Of a stretch of DNA of 64,000 nucleotides, positions 25,275 to 37,983 are shown piece by piece (position 1 is the stretch's first letter; each line of letters opens with the position of its first letter). The notes below the pieces were generated by a model. It was not told where the DNA came from. It searched no databases and saw nothing but the letters and a program-made list of their open reading frames with translations. Where the stretch lies: assembly GCF_001194135.2 (NCBI RefSeq), contig NC_068981.1, positions 34,619,583-34,683,582 on the forward strand, in the 5' to 3' direction. A program made the position numbers and the translations under genes. This stretch comes from Octopus bimaculoides (lineage: Eukaryota).

Positions 25275-27055
25275 TGCAGGACGTTGCGAAGAGCCCAACT
25301 ATAGCCGAAGCAGTGGACGTGTTGAGCTACTGCCTGAGAGGCAAATCACTGTGATTAGGTCCTCTGTTGTACTTGTTCATCCATATCTTAACAGCTTGCT
25401 GCAGGCCTGAAGCATTCGATGTATGAGCCGGAGAGTAGTGGTGCTGCCAGGGAAGGACCAAAACAAGAAATCCATGGTCGATAACTTGGGGCTTATAAAA
25501 TTGCTAGACACAGAGATTAACGAAGAGGATCAATAAGGGGTTGACTCTTGCCACTAGTGGTATAGTCGGAGACAAAGAAACTTATGCAATCTCCAGCAGA
25601 TCTGTCCACGGCAACCCCGACATTATGCGATGAAGCATCGAAATATCTGTGTTCAGTAGAAGCTGATCAATTGGAGCTCACCTATTTCTAATTAACTGCT
25701 GTCTTGAGAATGGACGGGTTCTATATCCTCTTTAGGGACTAGATCGTTGTATTGTACGACCAGAATCTAATCGGTGGTTAGACAAAAAGGCCCGCTTCTC
25801 AGAACCGTTTCGTATCCCGAACTCAGTCCGCCAGGGTGCCCTTTTTTTCTCTCTCTCTCTCTCTCCTGTATCTTACAGCACTGGAGCAATTGCTATTGTG
25901 GCTGTGGACTTTGAAGAGCATCTCGCTTGAATTGGAATGCAGAAAAGCAGTATCCGCATACGCGGATGACGCCAATTCTATAGTGTCAGAGACTTGAGAA
26001 ACCCATGTCATTGGCACCATACTGAAAAGTTAACAGGAAGTTACAGGAGCTTGCATCAATAAATCTCGCTCAAAAAATGGGCTGGGAGGAAGACTTCCTA
26101 GAAAATCGAACAGAAGTTGTTAACGTCTTCATCGCTACGATTATGTACCACCGCTTCTCTGTTGTATCTTTTCTCGGAAAACACCTAACCGGATTGGAAA
26201 CATTCGATTCTTGTCGAAGGGATAGGTTCCGGTTCTTCTAGCAGGATACCCCTGTCCTACAAATAAAATGCCTCCACGGGGTTCTTGGGACGATGTCACC
26301 GATGATGCAGATGCATGCAGTGAGTCTGACGTATCTGGATGATGACTGTGAGTAGGTATGGTCGTTTTTCTGTAGACCGCTCTTTTAACAAGTCGCAGTC
26401 CTTGGTCAGTTATAGATTGAAGTTGGACATTTGGCGAGTAGTGCTCACTACACTATACCAGATAAACATTGCAATGGAGAAAAACAAATTCACTCTATTC
26501 AGGATGCGTAGAGGGTACAAGCGACAATAGTTTGAGAACGATTCTGGGTGCCGAGGAGGATTGTATGATCGATTTCTTTTAGAAGGTATTCAGGTCGTGG
26601 ATTAAGAATACTTTCTCAAATACTTTCCCTGACAATACTACAGAGAAGGTTTTTCAGTAAGGTATAAGCACAGAATGCTAACAGCCAAACATGTCCGAGA
26701 TACGCACAGGGCGACGAAACCGTCCTTGCAGGCAAAATCCTGTACATTGTGCCAAACAGCTGCTATCAAGTGGAAGACGGAACAAGTCAATAGCCGAGTT
26801 TGTCGCAAATATCTGACGCTATTTTTTGATGGTGGTAGGAGTTAAGGAAGGACGGCTACTCCTTCTTTCATCCTAGCTTCGTGGTTACGACGAAGGAAGT
26901 TGTGTGGTGAACGTATGTAATTATAATTAGGCAGAAAGGAACTGGAAAAGGCATTTTTTGTCACCGATGCGTCACAGTAATCCGGTACTTTGTAGAAATC
27001 TTTTACTTGAATTACGTAAGTGGATTTTGCCCTATTCCAGATGCTTTCTCTTGCC
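25275..27055 (+). mobile_element. Decayed 5'-truncated L1/Tx1-clade LINE ORF2 (RT plus C-terminal zinc knuckle)
   Basis: Ordered RT-type segments across frameshifts and stops: KETYAISSRSVHGN (~25575), SEPFRIPNSVRQG (~25800), LLYLTALEQLL, VSAYADD (YADD 25959-25970), EVTGACINKS, EVVNVFIATIMYHRFSVV, then TCPRYAQGDETVL (decayed CCHC, ~26690). Confidence 0.9.
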
Positions 27056-27151
27056 AATTTAGTATCATTTATGGCTTTTGTTGGTTAACCTCCAACTAAT
27101 TATATATTTCATCCTGGTACTCTTTCCAATATCTTGGATCCTTGTGGCCGA

Positions 27152-27225
<74 letters not shown>
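27152..27225. repeat. (TAG)n microsatellite
   Basis: Direct reading. Confidence 0.97.
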
Positions 27226-27317
27226 TTTGAGACTTGAGGCTTTAGGACAGCAGAAAGGCTTTTTGAGGTTGCTCAATAGAACCTGCTGCTAATGTCGTTA
27301 TTGCTGCTACTGATGAC

Positions 27318-27318
27318 G

Positions 27319-27414
<96 letters not shown>
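27318..27414. repeat. Compound (GTT)n(GAT)n microsatellite
   Basis: Direct reading. Confidence 0.97.
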
Positions 27415-27415
<1 letters not shown>

Positions 27416-28095
27416 AGTTCTAACTGAAGATGCAGAATTTTGCGGAATGATTTCAACTTAGACTGACTTGAAATTTTAAAATTTTGGTGAGAAATTTGCT
27501 ATCATGGCGACTATACCTTGGGCAATGATTGATAAAGCAATTTGAATTCCATTCGGAATATGCTTGCACTTCGAAAATGCTGCTCCATGGGAACTTCAAA
27601 AGTACCAGTCATGCACTGGGGTCGATTGAATCAGCCATAAACCTCATTCTGTTCTCAAGGCATAACTGAAGCCTATAAATTTTCGCAAAGATTAAAGCTA
27701 TCAATTTTTTTATGATGAAGCCGATTAACGTAAAATCGTTAGAGCTCTGAGTAAAATGTAATATATAGGTGAGGATTACAGTGTTGGTAGTTCAATGTAG
27801 AAATGAGGCGGCGCCGACGGCTAAATCCAAAAGAGAGCCGGACCAAATATCTCTTAGTAATAAGTTTATCACATTACGCTCTGAATTCAAGTCGTGCCGA
27901 TGTTCACACCATCGTTCTAGAGTCGGCGAAGTCAAAATATCAGTCAACAACAGGAGTCTATGAAGTAGGTGAGAAACAAGAACCAGAAGGTAGGTGTCGA
28001 TCAAATAAATAGACTGTGCAACTCTTTCGCCAGATTTATGGCTTTATGGCTTATGTTTCACATCGTCATTATCAATTATTATTATTATTATTATT

Positions 28096-28697
28096 GAGTG
28101 AGAGAACAGTACATGCCATCAAAGTGACACTAGGGTACAAATATACGAAACCCAATATGCCTGTCATGACTACACGTCTGATGAAGGTATACTAGGCACA
28201 TGCATCACAACCTTATGTGTGCGACTTCGTGATCTTATATCAAGATAAACAGCGCATGACCTCGCAGGTGGGGCCCAGTTAGAATTTTCTTCAGGTCGAG
28301 TAGCCCACCCCTCTCAAAAGCTCCCTGAATAATGTTTGTTNNNNNNNNNNCCACCCCTCTCAAAAGCTCCCTGAATAATGTTTGTTTAAGAATGATGAAC
28401 AAAACGCCAATGTTTCCAGAGGTAAATTATTCAAACCCCAAAGAATTCCTCTCAACACATGGTAATGACGCTCCCCCACTACTTCTGCTCATGATCAGAG
28501 ATGCACATATTGTCAGCCACTAAGGGACATGCTCAACTGGTTAAAGTCAAACAACTGACAAGCAAATCTGTGGTATTAAGCAGAATATTTGTTGTAGTCC
28601 ATCTTTTATACCAAGACAAAACAATGTACATGATAACACTTCCAATTAATTCAGATCAGAAGCCATGAGAGCCACTGCCTGGTACTGCGTCAGGGCA
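28096..28697 (-). mobile_element. Unclassified ~600-bp dispersed element (family D), AAT-tailed on the minus strand
   Basis: Homologous along its length to 60266-60795; both abut (ATT)n at the same end; no tRNA head, TIR or ORF recognised. Confidence 0.8.
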
Positions 28698-28702
28698 ATA
28701 TT

Positions 28703-29556
28703 ATCATTTTATGTTTGACTTTTGTTTTGCATTTGTACAAGTTGGATCCAAGTCTCACCCAGAGACCTCAAGAGACAACAAGTTAGAAGTTCATGTAGGT
28801 GTTATTCCTAGGGTACCATATATTTGGATTTGTACAGTTTTGTTCAAGTGAATGTTTAAGAAACCATAAAAAAATTATGTGTTTGCTTTCAAATTTGAGA
28901 TCACATAGACAGTATTTTACGTAGGATATTGGCAGTTCCCATGAGCACTATCTTTTGAACTTCAGCCATTTTGGGATTTCCTGGTATCTGAGCTAGGTAG
29001 TANNNNNNNNNNNNNNNNNNNNNNNNNNNNNNNNNNNNNNNNNNNNNNNNNNNNNNNNNNNNNNNNNNNNNNNNNNNNNNNNNNNNNNNNNNNNNNNNNN
29101 NNNNNNNNNNNNNNNNNNNNNNNNNNNNNNNNNNNNNNNNNNNNNNNNNNNNNNNNNNNNNNNNNNNNNNNNNNNNNNNNNNNNNNNNNNNNNNNNNNNN
29201 NNNNNNNNNNNNNNNNNNNNNNNNNNNNNNNNNNNNNNNNNNNNNNNNNNNNNNNNNNNNNNNNNNNNNNNNNNNNNNNNNNNNNNNNNNNNNNNNNNNN
29301 NNNNNNNNNNGGCCTGGTAGTTCTTTGTAGGTAGGCATTGATCTTGGGCTGCTATGATAAACCCCTCTGTTTCTGATTTCAAGCCAGAGGCCATTAACCA
29401 TTGGTGGGTAAGGGCTTTGTTAATATCTGCATTATTTGCTCTCTTTGGGTATTTGCCATTGAGAAGTTTTCCATGCCATTTTTCAGTCATAATATCTAAG
29501 GCAGCAATTTTAGCACGGGTTTTCAGGCGCTTAGCTTTTTCTGCAGGTGTTTCTGT
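28703..29556 (-). mobile_element. 5'-truncated R4/Dong-clade non-LTR retrotransposon (RLE type)
   Basis: WHGKLLNGKYPKRANNADINKALTHQWLMASGLKSETEGFIIAAQDQCLPTKNYQA, then gap, then IPGNPKMAEVQKIVLMGTANILRKILSM* (stop 28901-28903), then ~200-bp 3'UTR ending aaaatgataat. The 5' junction is an (AAT)n tract. Confidence 0.88.
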
Positions 29557-29582
29557 TATTATTATTATTATTATTATTATTA

Positions 29583-29625
<43 letters not shown>
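29556..29625. repeat. (ATT)n microsatellite at the R4/Dong 5' junction
   Basis: Direct reading. Confidence 0.97.
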
Positions 29626-30652
29626 CTTTTCGGGGTCGATGAGATAATACCAATGAAACACTGGGTCGATGTAGTCGACTCGTCCTCTCCCCCAAAACTG
29701 CTGCCATTGTGAAAAATTTGAAACCATTTTTATTATTATTAATATTTTCCCCTGCCCCAACCCAAATGTACACCCTTATGTCCGTTTCAAATATATAAAC
29801 GAGCAAACCCACACATGCTCACGCTCGCACGCACACACACACATGTCTGAAACAAGCAAGTATTGAGGGCGATCTTATCAAACTCTAACACCCCTACCCA
29901 GCGTTCGTCTTCATTCTTATATTAGTAATCATTATATATATATTGTTATTCTCTTGCTGAGTGGAGTTCATGACCCAATTTCCACTGAAAGCATTTTACA
30001 CCACTTACGTCACTATTTCTATTTTAAAAACAATAGGTAGGTACTAACGTCACACACAAACTCATATGTTATGCCCATATATGCATATATGTATACAAAC
30101 ACACACGCACACACACACACACACATACATTCTTATTAGATTATAAATTAATTATGTTGGTCAGGTAAGAGGAGCCGATAAGGGATAGGGGAAACGTCAA
30201 CAATATGAAAACAAAAGCATTCAAAATGAGGGCAGTCACTGAGAAGTAATTATGATTTTTATTAAAGATTGATTAAGAAATTTGGGGAGATAATGCTGAG
30301 TGGCTAAAATGTAAAGTTTGCGTATCCGAGTGTTAAAAGTTGATATCGATTGCAAGCGGGTCAACATATACAGTTTTTCATGCCGCTTGTTTTACGTATC
30401 TCATGTTATGTTTGATTAAATAACAGAGATTCTTTTAGCTACAAGAAAGAACGGTGTCAGTTGTTTTTTATTGTAGTTATTTGACCATATCAGCCCTAAG
30501 TAAGCAACACTGAGTAATTCAAAGGTCTTCCAACAACGACCATCTCTCGCAAGTTCAAGGGCTTTTTTCTTTATTTTGTTTAGAAAGTTACTTTTTATTG
30601 TTAATTAACATCACCGGGTAGCGGTTTCGCTTTCATACGCTGATTTATATGA

Positions 30653-30773
<121 letters not shown>

Positions 30774-30885
30774 TATTCTGTCTCATGAAANNNNNNNNNN
30801 TCTGTCTCATGAAAGCCCTTCAAGGTTTTAGGGAGTAAGCCCTAACAGTATGCTAAACATTCCGACACCGTCAGAGTCCTTTGTA

Positions 30886-32070
30886 TTAGGTTGTTCCGAA
30901 GATAATGGCTGATTTCAGAAACATGATTTTATTCTGGAAAAATTAACAATAGAATTGTTTTGATTTGTCAAAGTATGAGCCGTGAACATCTATGCATCTC
31001 TGCCATCGATCAACGAGATTATTTATGCCTTGTTGATAAAAACTTATTGGCTTTGATGCTAAGAAATCTTTGAAAGCTGACTCCACCTCTGGTTTGAACC
31101 TGAAAGTTTTATCACTTAAAAACGTGTTTAAATACTTTTAAAACATGGTAGTCAGTGGGTGAAAGATCAGGAGAATATGGCGGATGTGGTAAAGTCTCGT
31201 ATCCCAAGTCTGCAGCGTCATTCTTGCAACATGTGGCTTTGCATTATCGTGGAGCAGAGTTGGCTACGCCGATTCACCAATGCAGGTCTCATTTTTTGCA
31301 AGTGAGCATGCATTTCAGCGAACTGATTGCAGTAAACCCCTGCTGTAATGGACAACACCAATTGCAGACCACCAGACAGACACCATAATCTTTTACTGAC
31401 GCAACTTTGGCTTTGAGAAATGTTTGGGGGACTCATCGATCTTATTGTCTACGGTTATCATAAAGGATCTACTTTTCGTCAAGAAGAGGATCATTGATGT
31501 TTCGCAAGAAAGAGCATCGAAACACTTCAAAACGCCGAACTTTTTGATTTTCATCGAGCTTTTTCACCTTACCAACCTTCTGCAGATTGCGTGAGACTGT
31601 TGCAATACCAAGTGCCTGAGACATTTCTCTGGCACTTTGGCGTGGGTTTTCTTCAACAATTGCTTTCAATTGTTCATCGTCAAGACTGCATGACCGTTCT
31701 CTACCTTCCTCATCTTAAAGGCTCTCATCACCACTACAGAATTTCTGAAACCACCTTCGTACTGTACGATCACTTGTGGACCCTTCTTCCCGTGCTCTAT
31801 TGATATTGGCAGCTTTTTGGGAGGCATTGCGTCCAGGCTTGAACTCATGCAAGAAAAGTAAGCGAAGGTCCTTTTTTTGTCATGCCCCTAATTACGTGCG
31901 GCTATGCTTCAAGAATGTTTTCTGTCTAAAATAAGTTGAGAATCATTAAAGAGCATACATCAATTATTAAGTATGTCAAAATTCACCTAAAATATAAATT
32001 AAAATACTATGGTAAAATTGCGTTTCAAAACACAACACTTAGAGCGGCCATTGTTTTCGGAACAACCTAA
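30886..32070 (-). mobile_element. Near full-length (1185 bp) mariner with pseudogenised transposase
   Basis: TIRs ttaggttgttccgaagataatggct / rc ttaggttgttccgaaaacaatggcc (22/25), TA TSD at 30884-30885 and 32071-32072. Minus-strand KAIVEENPRQSAREMSQALGIATVSRNLQKVGKVKKLDENQKVRRFEV...LRNINDPLLD matches the mariner HTH/linker region; many frameshifts. Confidence 0.93.
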
Positions 32071-32163
32071 TATTTTTTTTACGAGGAGAATTTCGTCATG
32101 TTAAAAATAGCAGCCTAAACCTGCATCCAATCACACACTGCTGTGTTTAAAAAGAATTGGAAT

Positions 32164-32196
<33 letters not shown>

Positions 32197-33609
32197 ATAG
32201 AGGGAGTGGTTACAGCTGGAAGGACTTTGATTATAGACTTGTAGAGTCAGGTCTGGCCTTGGCCGAAGAACAGCGGCAACAGACGACAACGCCCTTTCCT
32301 GTAACTAAATAAATCTCTTCTTTTTAATCAAACAAGGCATCTTGCATATCACTTCCTACCATCATCAAGACAACCACCACCACCACCACCACCACCACCA
32401 CCACAAAGTTGTATGTAGATTTTCTCGCCCCACCCTCTACTGTATATTAACCATCAGCTGCAAGCTTCTCGAATGACACTGTTACATAAATAGTTTGCTA
32501 TGTATTTTCACCTGACTCACTAATCTCACCATTTGCTCTAACAAATTAGCCAACAAGGGAGTGTCTAGGTAGTAACTTTACCTGGTAGAAATAGCAACCA
32601 AATTTTCCTTAAATTATACCCAAACTTCTTGACACAAATGATATTTAGAAGTTTACTCTGAATGTAGCATTAAACGTACCGTAGCCGAAAGTAAAGTGTG
32701 GATTTGTCGTATCAGAACGCCTTTGATCATACGTCTACTCACTTAGGGCTGGCCTGGGGCCAATAACAACACAACAAAAGAAAACTGAATCATTTCTGTA
32801 TATCATCATATTTAAAAAGAAACTGCGTTAGTATAACTCTTGGTTAACCGCACGCTTTACTGAATTCTTTTTACGAATCTAAAATAATTTTGAAGAACAT
32901 GTAGGATATGTGCTTAATAGGTTGTTGCGTAATCGTAAACAACATGTAGGCCGCATACTTTAAGGAGTGGTACGTACTTTTAGAGAGCATGTAGTCGTAT
33001 GCTTTAGATAATTTTTCTTCGTACACCGATTGCCAAATCTACGGCACCAAATTGTTTCCTTTGTATTTGTATTTTGATTTATTTGACAAGGCAGCACTCA
33101 ATTTCTTTAGGGCCTCCGAGGCTAGTATGGGCAATAGAAAAAGATCTTGATATCTCCAACCCGAAGGCGTGATCTAAACGTTTGCAAAAAAAAAAAAAAA
33201 CAGGACTCCGCTAAATGCATCCGCAAGGACCAAAAGTTAAACCGGGAGAATTACTACATATATATATATATAGCCTGTCTAAAAGTATATGTATGGTTGT
33301 AATTGCGCTGAAGCTGAGTGAGATTCAGCTCACACGAAAATCATGATTCTCATGCTTATAATCTGCATGTTGTGTCAGGAATAAAACACAGAAATTACTT
33401 TGAAATATGGCTAAAAAGATATCCTTTATCTTTTACTTGTTTCAGTCATTAGACTGCAGCCATGCTGGGACACCACCTTGAATGGAAAAATAGGTAATGG
33501 GATTGCAAGAGCGTCACTGTTTCTCTGGTTCACCAGGTACTTCGTGGCAATCTCCTGTTCCTGTATGTATGTATGTATGTATGAATGAATATATGTATGT
33601 ATATATGCG

Positions 33610-33890
33610 TGCAGACATGGATGTCTGGTTAAAAAGCTCGCTTTACAACCACGTACTTTTTAGATCAGTCCTGCTGTGCGACTGCGACACCTTGAGTAAG
33701 TGTCTTCTATTGAGTGAATTTGGCAGACAGCAACAGTGTGGAAGTTTGTCGCGCGCGCATGCGTGTGTGTGTTTCTCAACCTTCCCCCGTCGCTTGAAAA
33801 CCGGTGGTGGTTTGTTTATTACCCCAATAACTTAGTGGTTCGGTAAAGCGACCGATAAAGTAAGTACCAGACTTTACAGGGATCGATTTG
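33610..33890 (+). mobile_element. Degenerate SINE family A copy
   Basis: gacaccttgagtaagtgtcttctattgagtgaatttggcagac...cgcttgaaaaccggtggtgg...ggttcggtaaagcgaccgataaagtaagtacc. Confidence 0.7.
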
Positions 33891-34199
33891 TATGCTCACA
33901 CTAATAATGAAATATTTGCTAACAAGAGCCGTTGATCAAAATATTTGGTTCGACTAACAAACCTCTGTCTTTGAATGGTTTATTCAACTAAATCAGATCA
34001 CGCCTATTAATGAAGAAAACAACAACAACAACGTCATCATTAACAACATTAACACCAATAAAAATAATTAATAAATACAACACCAACAAAAAGGAACAAC
34101 CACGATAAAAATAAAAACGGTAAAAAAAAGACTGCTAAATACTCTGCAATCTGCAAATTAATGCCCAGCTAAGTGGGAACGCACACGATCCGTCTATAC

Positions 34200-34332
34200 A
34201 CATGTGCATCAAATATAAACACACATATATACACACACAAACGTACACACATACATACATATGTATATTTGATTATACATATATATACATATAGACACAT
34301 GCATACATACATATATATATGTATATATGTAC

Positions 34333-34398
<66 letters not shown>

Positions 34399-34445
34399 AT
34401 ACACACACATATATATATACATATATACATGTCTATACACACACA
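34200..34445. repeat. (AT)n/(AC)n compound low-complexity tract
   Basis: Direct reading. Similar tracts at 37350-37458, 38480-39300, 39955-40100, 40456-40536, 41140-41245, 48395-48570, 49320-49375. Confidence 0.95.
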
Positions 34446-35959
34446 GAGCACACAAAGATTCCAATGCTTGCAGAAACAAACACAGATATGCACATGCGCC
34501 CGCATATACGACACGTACACACATACGAAAACGAATATTCACACACAGACACAGAGGTATACACATTTCTATACGGACTGATCAATAAAGCTAGTAGATT
34601 GATAGCAGCTTCATTAGTGGCCAACATCAGACGCCTCGAATTTCAATCAAACAGCAATATTGACCATTAGACCTCTCTCTCCTCCTGTTACCAGCGAGCG
34701 AATGGTTGTGATTTTTGAGGTCAATTAGTTAATAGAGCCTGCAGAAAGTCAGCTGAGAATTAACTAACCTGTGATAAATACACAGCAATAACGTCAATAA
34801 ATCGTATTTCACTTTGTACTAATGTTAATTACTATTCTTACCAATACAGAGTGGCCAAAACTCATAAATGTTCATTCCGTACTAATGCAAATGTGTAATT
34901 GAGGAAGTGACTGAAGTTGGGATTGGGAAGGAAGAAGCCAGGTATCAACAGATTGAAACACATATGTATAAAGTCGCAGACACATGACTGACGGGACCAT
35001 ACGTGGATATGTTTTGTACACATATAAAATGATGTTAATTATTTATGTCGTTTCTGTTATTCTCAAGCAATGTTAACACGGTACGATTGAAATTAGAATT
35101 ACATATAGAATTATAAATTAGTCTTGATTTATGTGGATTACATACGTACCCATATATGAGTATAAATATGCATAGTGTGTGTATATGTATATGTATCATA
35201 GCTTAGATAATCTCGACCACTTAAGATCTGGATCAGGTTATGCCTAACTAAACAGCACTTCCTGAAGAAGCGTTTTAAGTTTTTCGACACCAAAGTCCAC
35301 TTTAGTAAGGAGTTGTTTTACAGACACACGCGCGCGCACAACAGTAGTAGAGTTTTCACGAACCATTCTCTTGCATATAAAAGTTTTAATATATTGGCAA
35401 GTCTATGACGTCATGATTGAGTATGCAACCATTATCTTTCATTTGCTCGACATAGCTGAGCAGTCAAGCAGACACTCACACATGCACTCACTCATGACTG
35501 ACCTCATGTACTAATATCGAAATATTGCCAATATATTTTTTTAAGCCAAAGCAATGCAAGATACATAAAAATGATTGGTTGTTTTACCTGCTATTTCAAT
35601 ATTTCAGGGTTTTAAGACCCCTTTCTCGGAAATCGTTTAGTGAAAGAGTATGAGTAGCCATTTTCTATTTAGGACTTTCTGAACTGTACGGTGTTGGTAT
35701 TTTTGTTTCCTGTCTCACCACATTTACCGCGTATCTTGTCAATCTCATTTCAACAATATCGATGAACTTATAGAATTTGAAGTGAAGAACCCCGTTAAGA
35801 TCGGTTCCTTATCTTTGATTTTGACCTCAAAATCACAGAGAATGGATGCATCTCCACTAAAGTTTACAGAAAAGCGGCAAACAAGGAGTCTATTTGTGCA
35901 TTACAATTCAATTCATCCCTGCCCATCAGAGCTAAGATGTCCTATATTAAAAATGGGAT

Positions 35960-36215
35960 CCACAGGATTTGCAGTAACTGTCTTTTACTATAGCCTTGTA
36001 AGTGGATTTAGTAGACGGAAACTAAAAGAAACCCATATGTGTGTATGTGTAGGGGGGTATTTATGTATGTATCTATGTGAGTGTGTCTTAGTGTCTGTGT
36101 TTGTTCCCCCGTCATCGCTTGACAATCGGTGTTGGTGTGTTTACGCCCCCCGTAACTTAACGGTTCAGCAAAGAAACCGATGGAATAAGCACTAGGCTTA
36201 AAAATAAGTCCTAGG
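35960..36215 (+). mobile_element. SINE family A copy (body and tail)
   Basis: gccttgtaagtggatttagtagacggaaactaaaagaaaccc...catcgcttgacaatcggtgttggtgtgtttacg...aataagcactaggc. Confidence 0.85.
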
Positions 36216-36559
36216 TGTATTAACTCATAGTTATTTATAGTGTATGCAAATTTTGACAGAGCTCTACTGGACTGGCAAATCTGGATAATGAAGAGAAAAT
36301 TAAAGACCACTAAATACATGGTGTAAAATTTAAACTTATTGTAGTTAGTATTGTTTGACGATTCACTCCGTTAATACGCGGAATTTCTCACACGGAAAGT
36401 ATACTGCTGATCGGTCAGATAATATAGCGAATAAAACCTTTTCAGTAAAGCACTAGGTAGGCCGTTAAAGTGGAATACTTGCTCGAATTTTTGAGTGGAC
36501 TAGTGTAGTGTAAAGGGAGACAAATCAATCTATGCTAGTGGTCATCAAACGCAATTATT

Positions 36560-37275
36560 CTGTGATGCATGTCAAATTTCTATGCCTAATGAATTTGTTT
36601 CATAAAGCCTAGACTTTTCTGGTATCATGAAGAAGTCTCCGACGACGATAGTTATACAATATCTCTAACTTAAATATCATCCCTGGCTATTTCATTAACA
36701 ATTTCTTTTCCCGTTAGACAAAACGTGAGGTTTTGTGATCTGTTAAGGTATAGAGTAACTTTATCCAGGATTCTCTTTGTTATTGGAAGGTGTTCAGATT
36801 CTTGGTTTCTGAGTTTCCAGGTGATATGTGAGATGCAGAAAGGGTTTATCATGTATTTTTAATTAGATGAGTAAAGTAGTTGATAGGAACGCCTCTTGAA
36901 AGTGTTCACTGCAAATCTTTTGTAATTATTACCAATACGATCCAGGTTTGCTGTGGTTATTCAGTATCAAATCGCTTCATATAGACAGAGTTTGAAAAGT
37001 CAGGAAAGATTTTGAGCTTCAAGTTAGATGTTGGCTCATGTCTGTGTGGGTGTGTATATTCCATTGTAGTCAGTGATCGGGAAAACGGTATTTTCCAAGC
37101 AAGAATAGCTGACTTTCATGTTGTGAGCGTTCAAATGTTTATTGAGCTTGTTGCTCGGAGAGAAGTGGTATCATACTAAAGCTAGAAAGATCGTGGCTCT
37201 CTTCCTGATAACGTTCAAGTTATTAAACCAGCTTACGTTTTTCTTCCTGGTTCTACGGTGTGCAGTGATTGGGAT
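36560..37275 (-). mobile_element. Decayed Penelope-like element (RT C-terminus plus GIY-YIG endonuclease region)
   Basis: RKKNVSWFN...HFSPSNKLNKHLNAHNMKVSYSCLEN (cf. PLE RKRNIIWFNPP...HF.....L.KIFN....KVSYSC) followed by NTFKRRSYQ...ITWKLRNQ...ILDKVTLY...FCLTGK. Confidence 0.85.
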
Positions 37276-37421
37276 CTTCCCCATGCACACCAGCTTCTTA
37301 CTAAAACCGCTTCAAGTGCTTTGTAGCCAATAATGCTTTACTCCCTACATGCACACACACACACGCACATATACACACACACATACATAGATAGATAGAT
37401 ATAAATATTCATATATATACG

Positions 37422-37458
<37 letters not shown>

Positions 37459-37951
37459 NNNNNNNNNNNNNNNNNNNNNNNNNNNNNNNNNNNNNNNNNN
37501 NNNNNNNNNNNNNNNNNNNNNNNNNNNNNNNNNNNNNNNNNNNNNNNNNNNNNNNNNNNNNNNNNNNNNNNNNNNNNNNNNNNNNNNNNNNNNNNNNNNN
37601 NNNNNNNNNNNNNNNNNNNNNNNNNNNNNNNNNNNNNNNNNNNNNNNNNNNNNNNNNNNNNNNNNNNNNNNNNNNNNNNNNNNNNNNNNNNNNNNNNNNN
37701 NNNNNNNNNNNNNNNNNNNNNNNNNNNNNNNNNNNNNNNNNNNNNNNNNNNNNNNNNNNNNNNNNNNNNNNNNNNNNNNNNNNNNNNNNNNNNNNNNNNN
37801 NNNNNNNNNNNNNNNNNNNNNNNNNNNNNNNNNNNNNNNNNNNNNNNNNNNNNNNNNNNNNNNNNNNNNNNNNNNNNNNNNNNNNNNNNNNNNNNNNNNN
37901 NNNNNNNNNNNNNNNNNNNNNNNNNNNNNNNNNNNNNNNNNNNNNNNNNNN

Positions 37952-37983
<32 letters not shown>

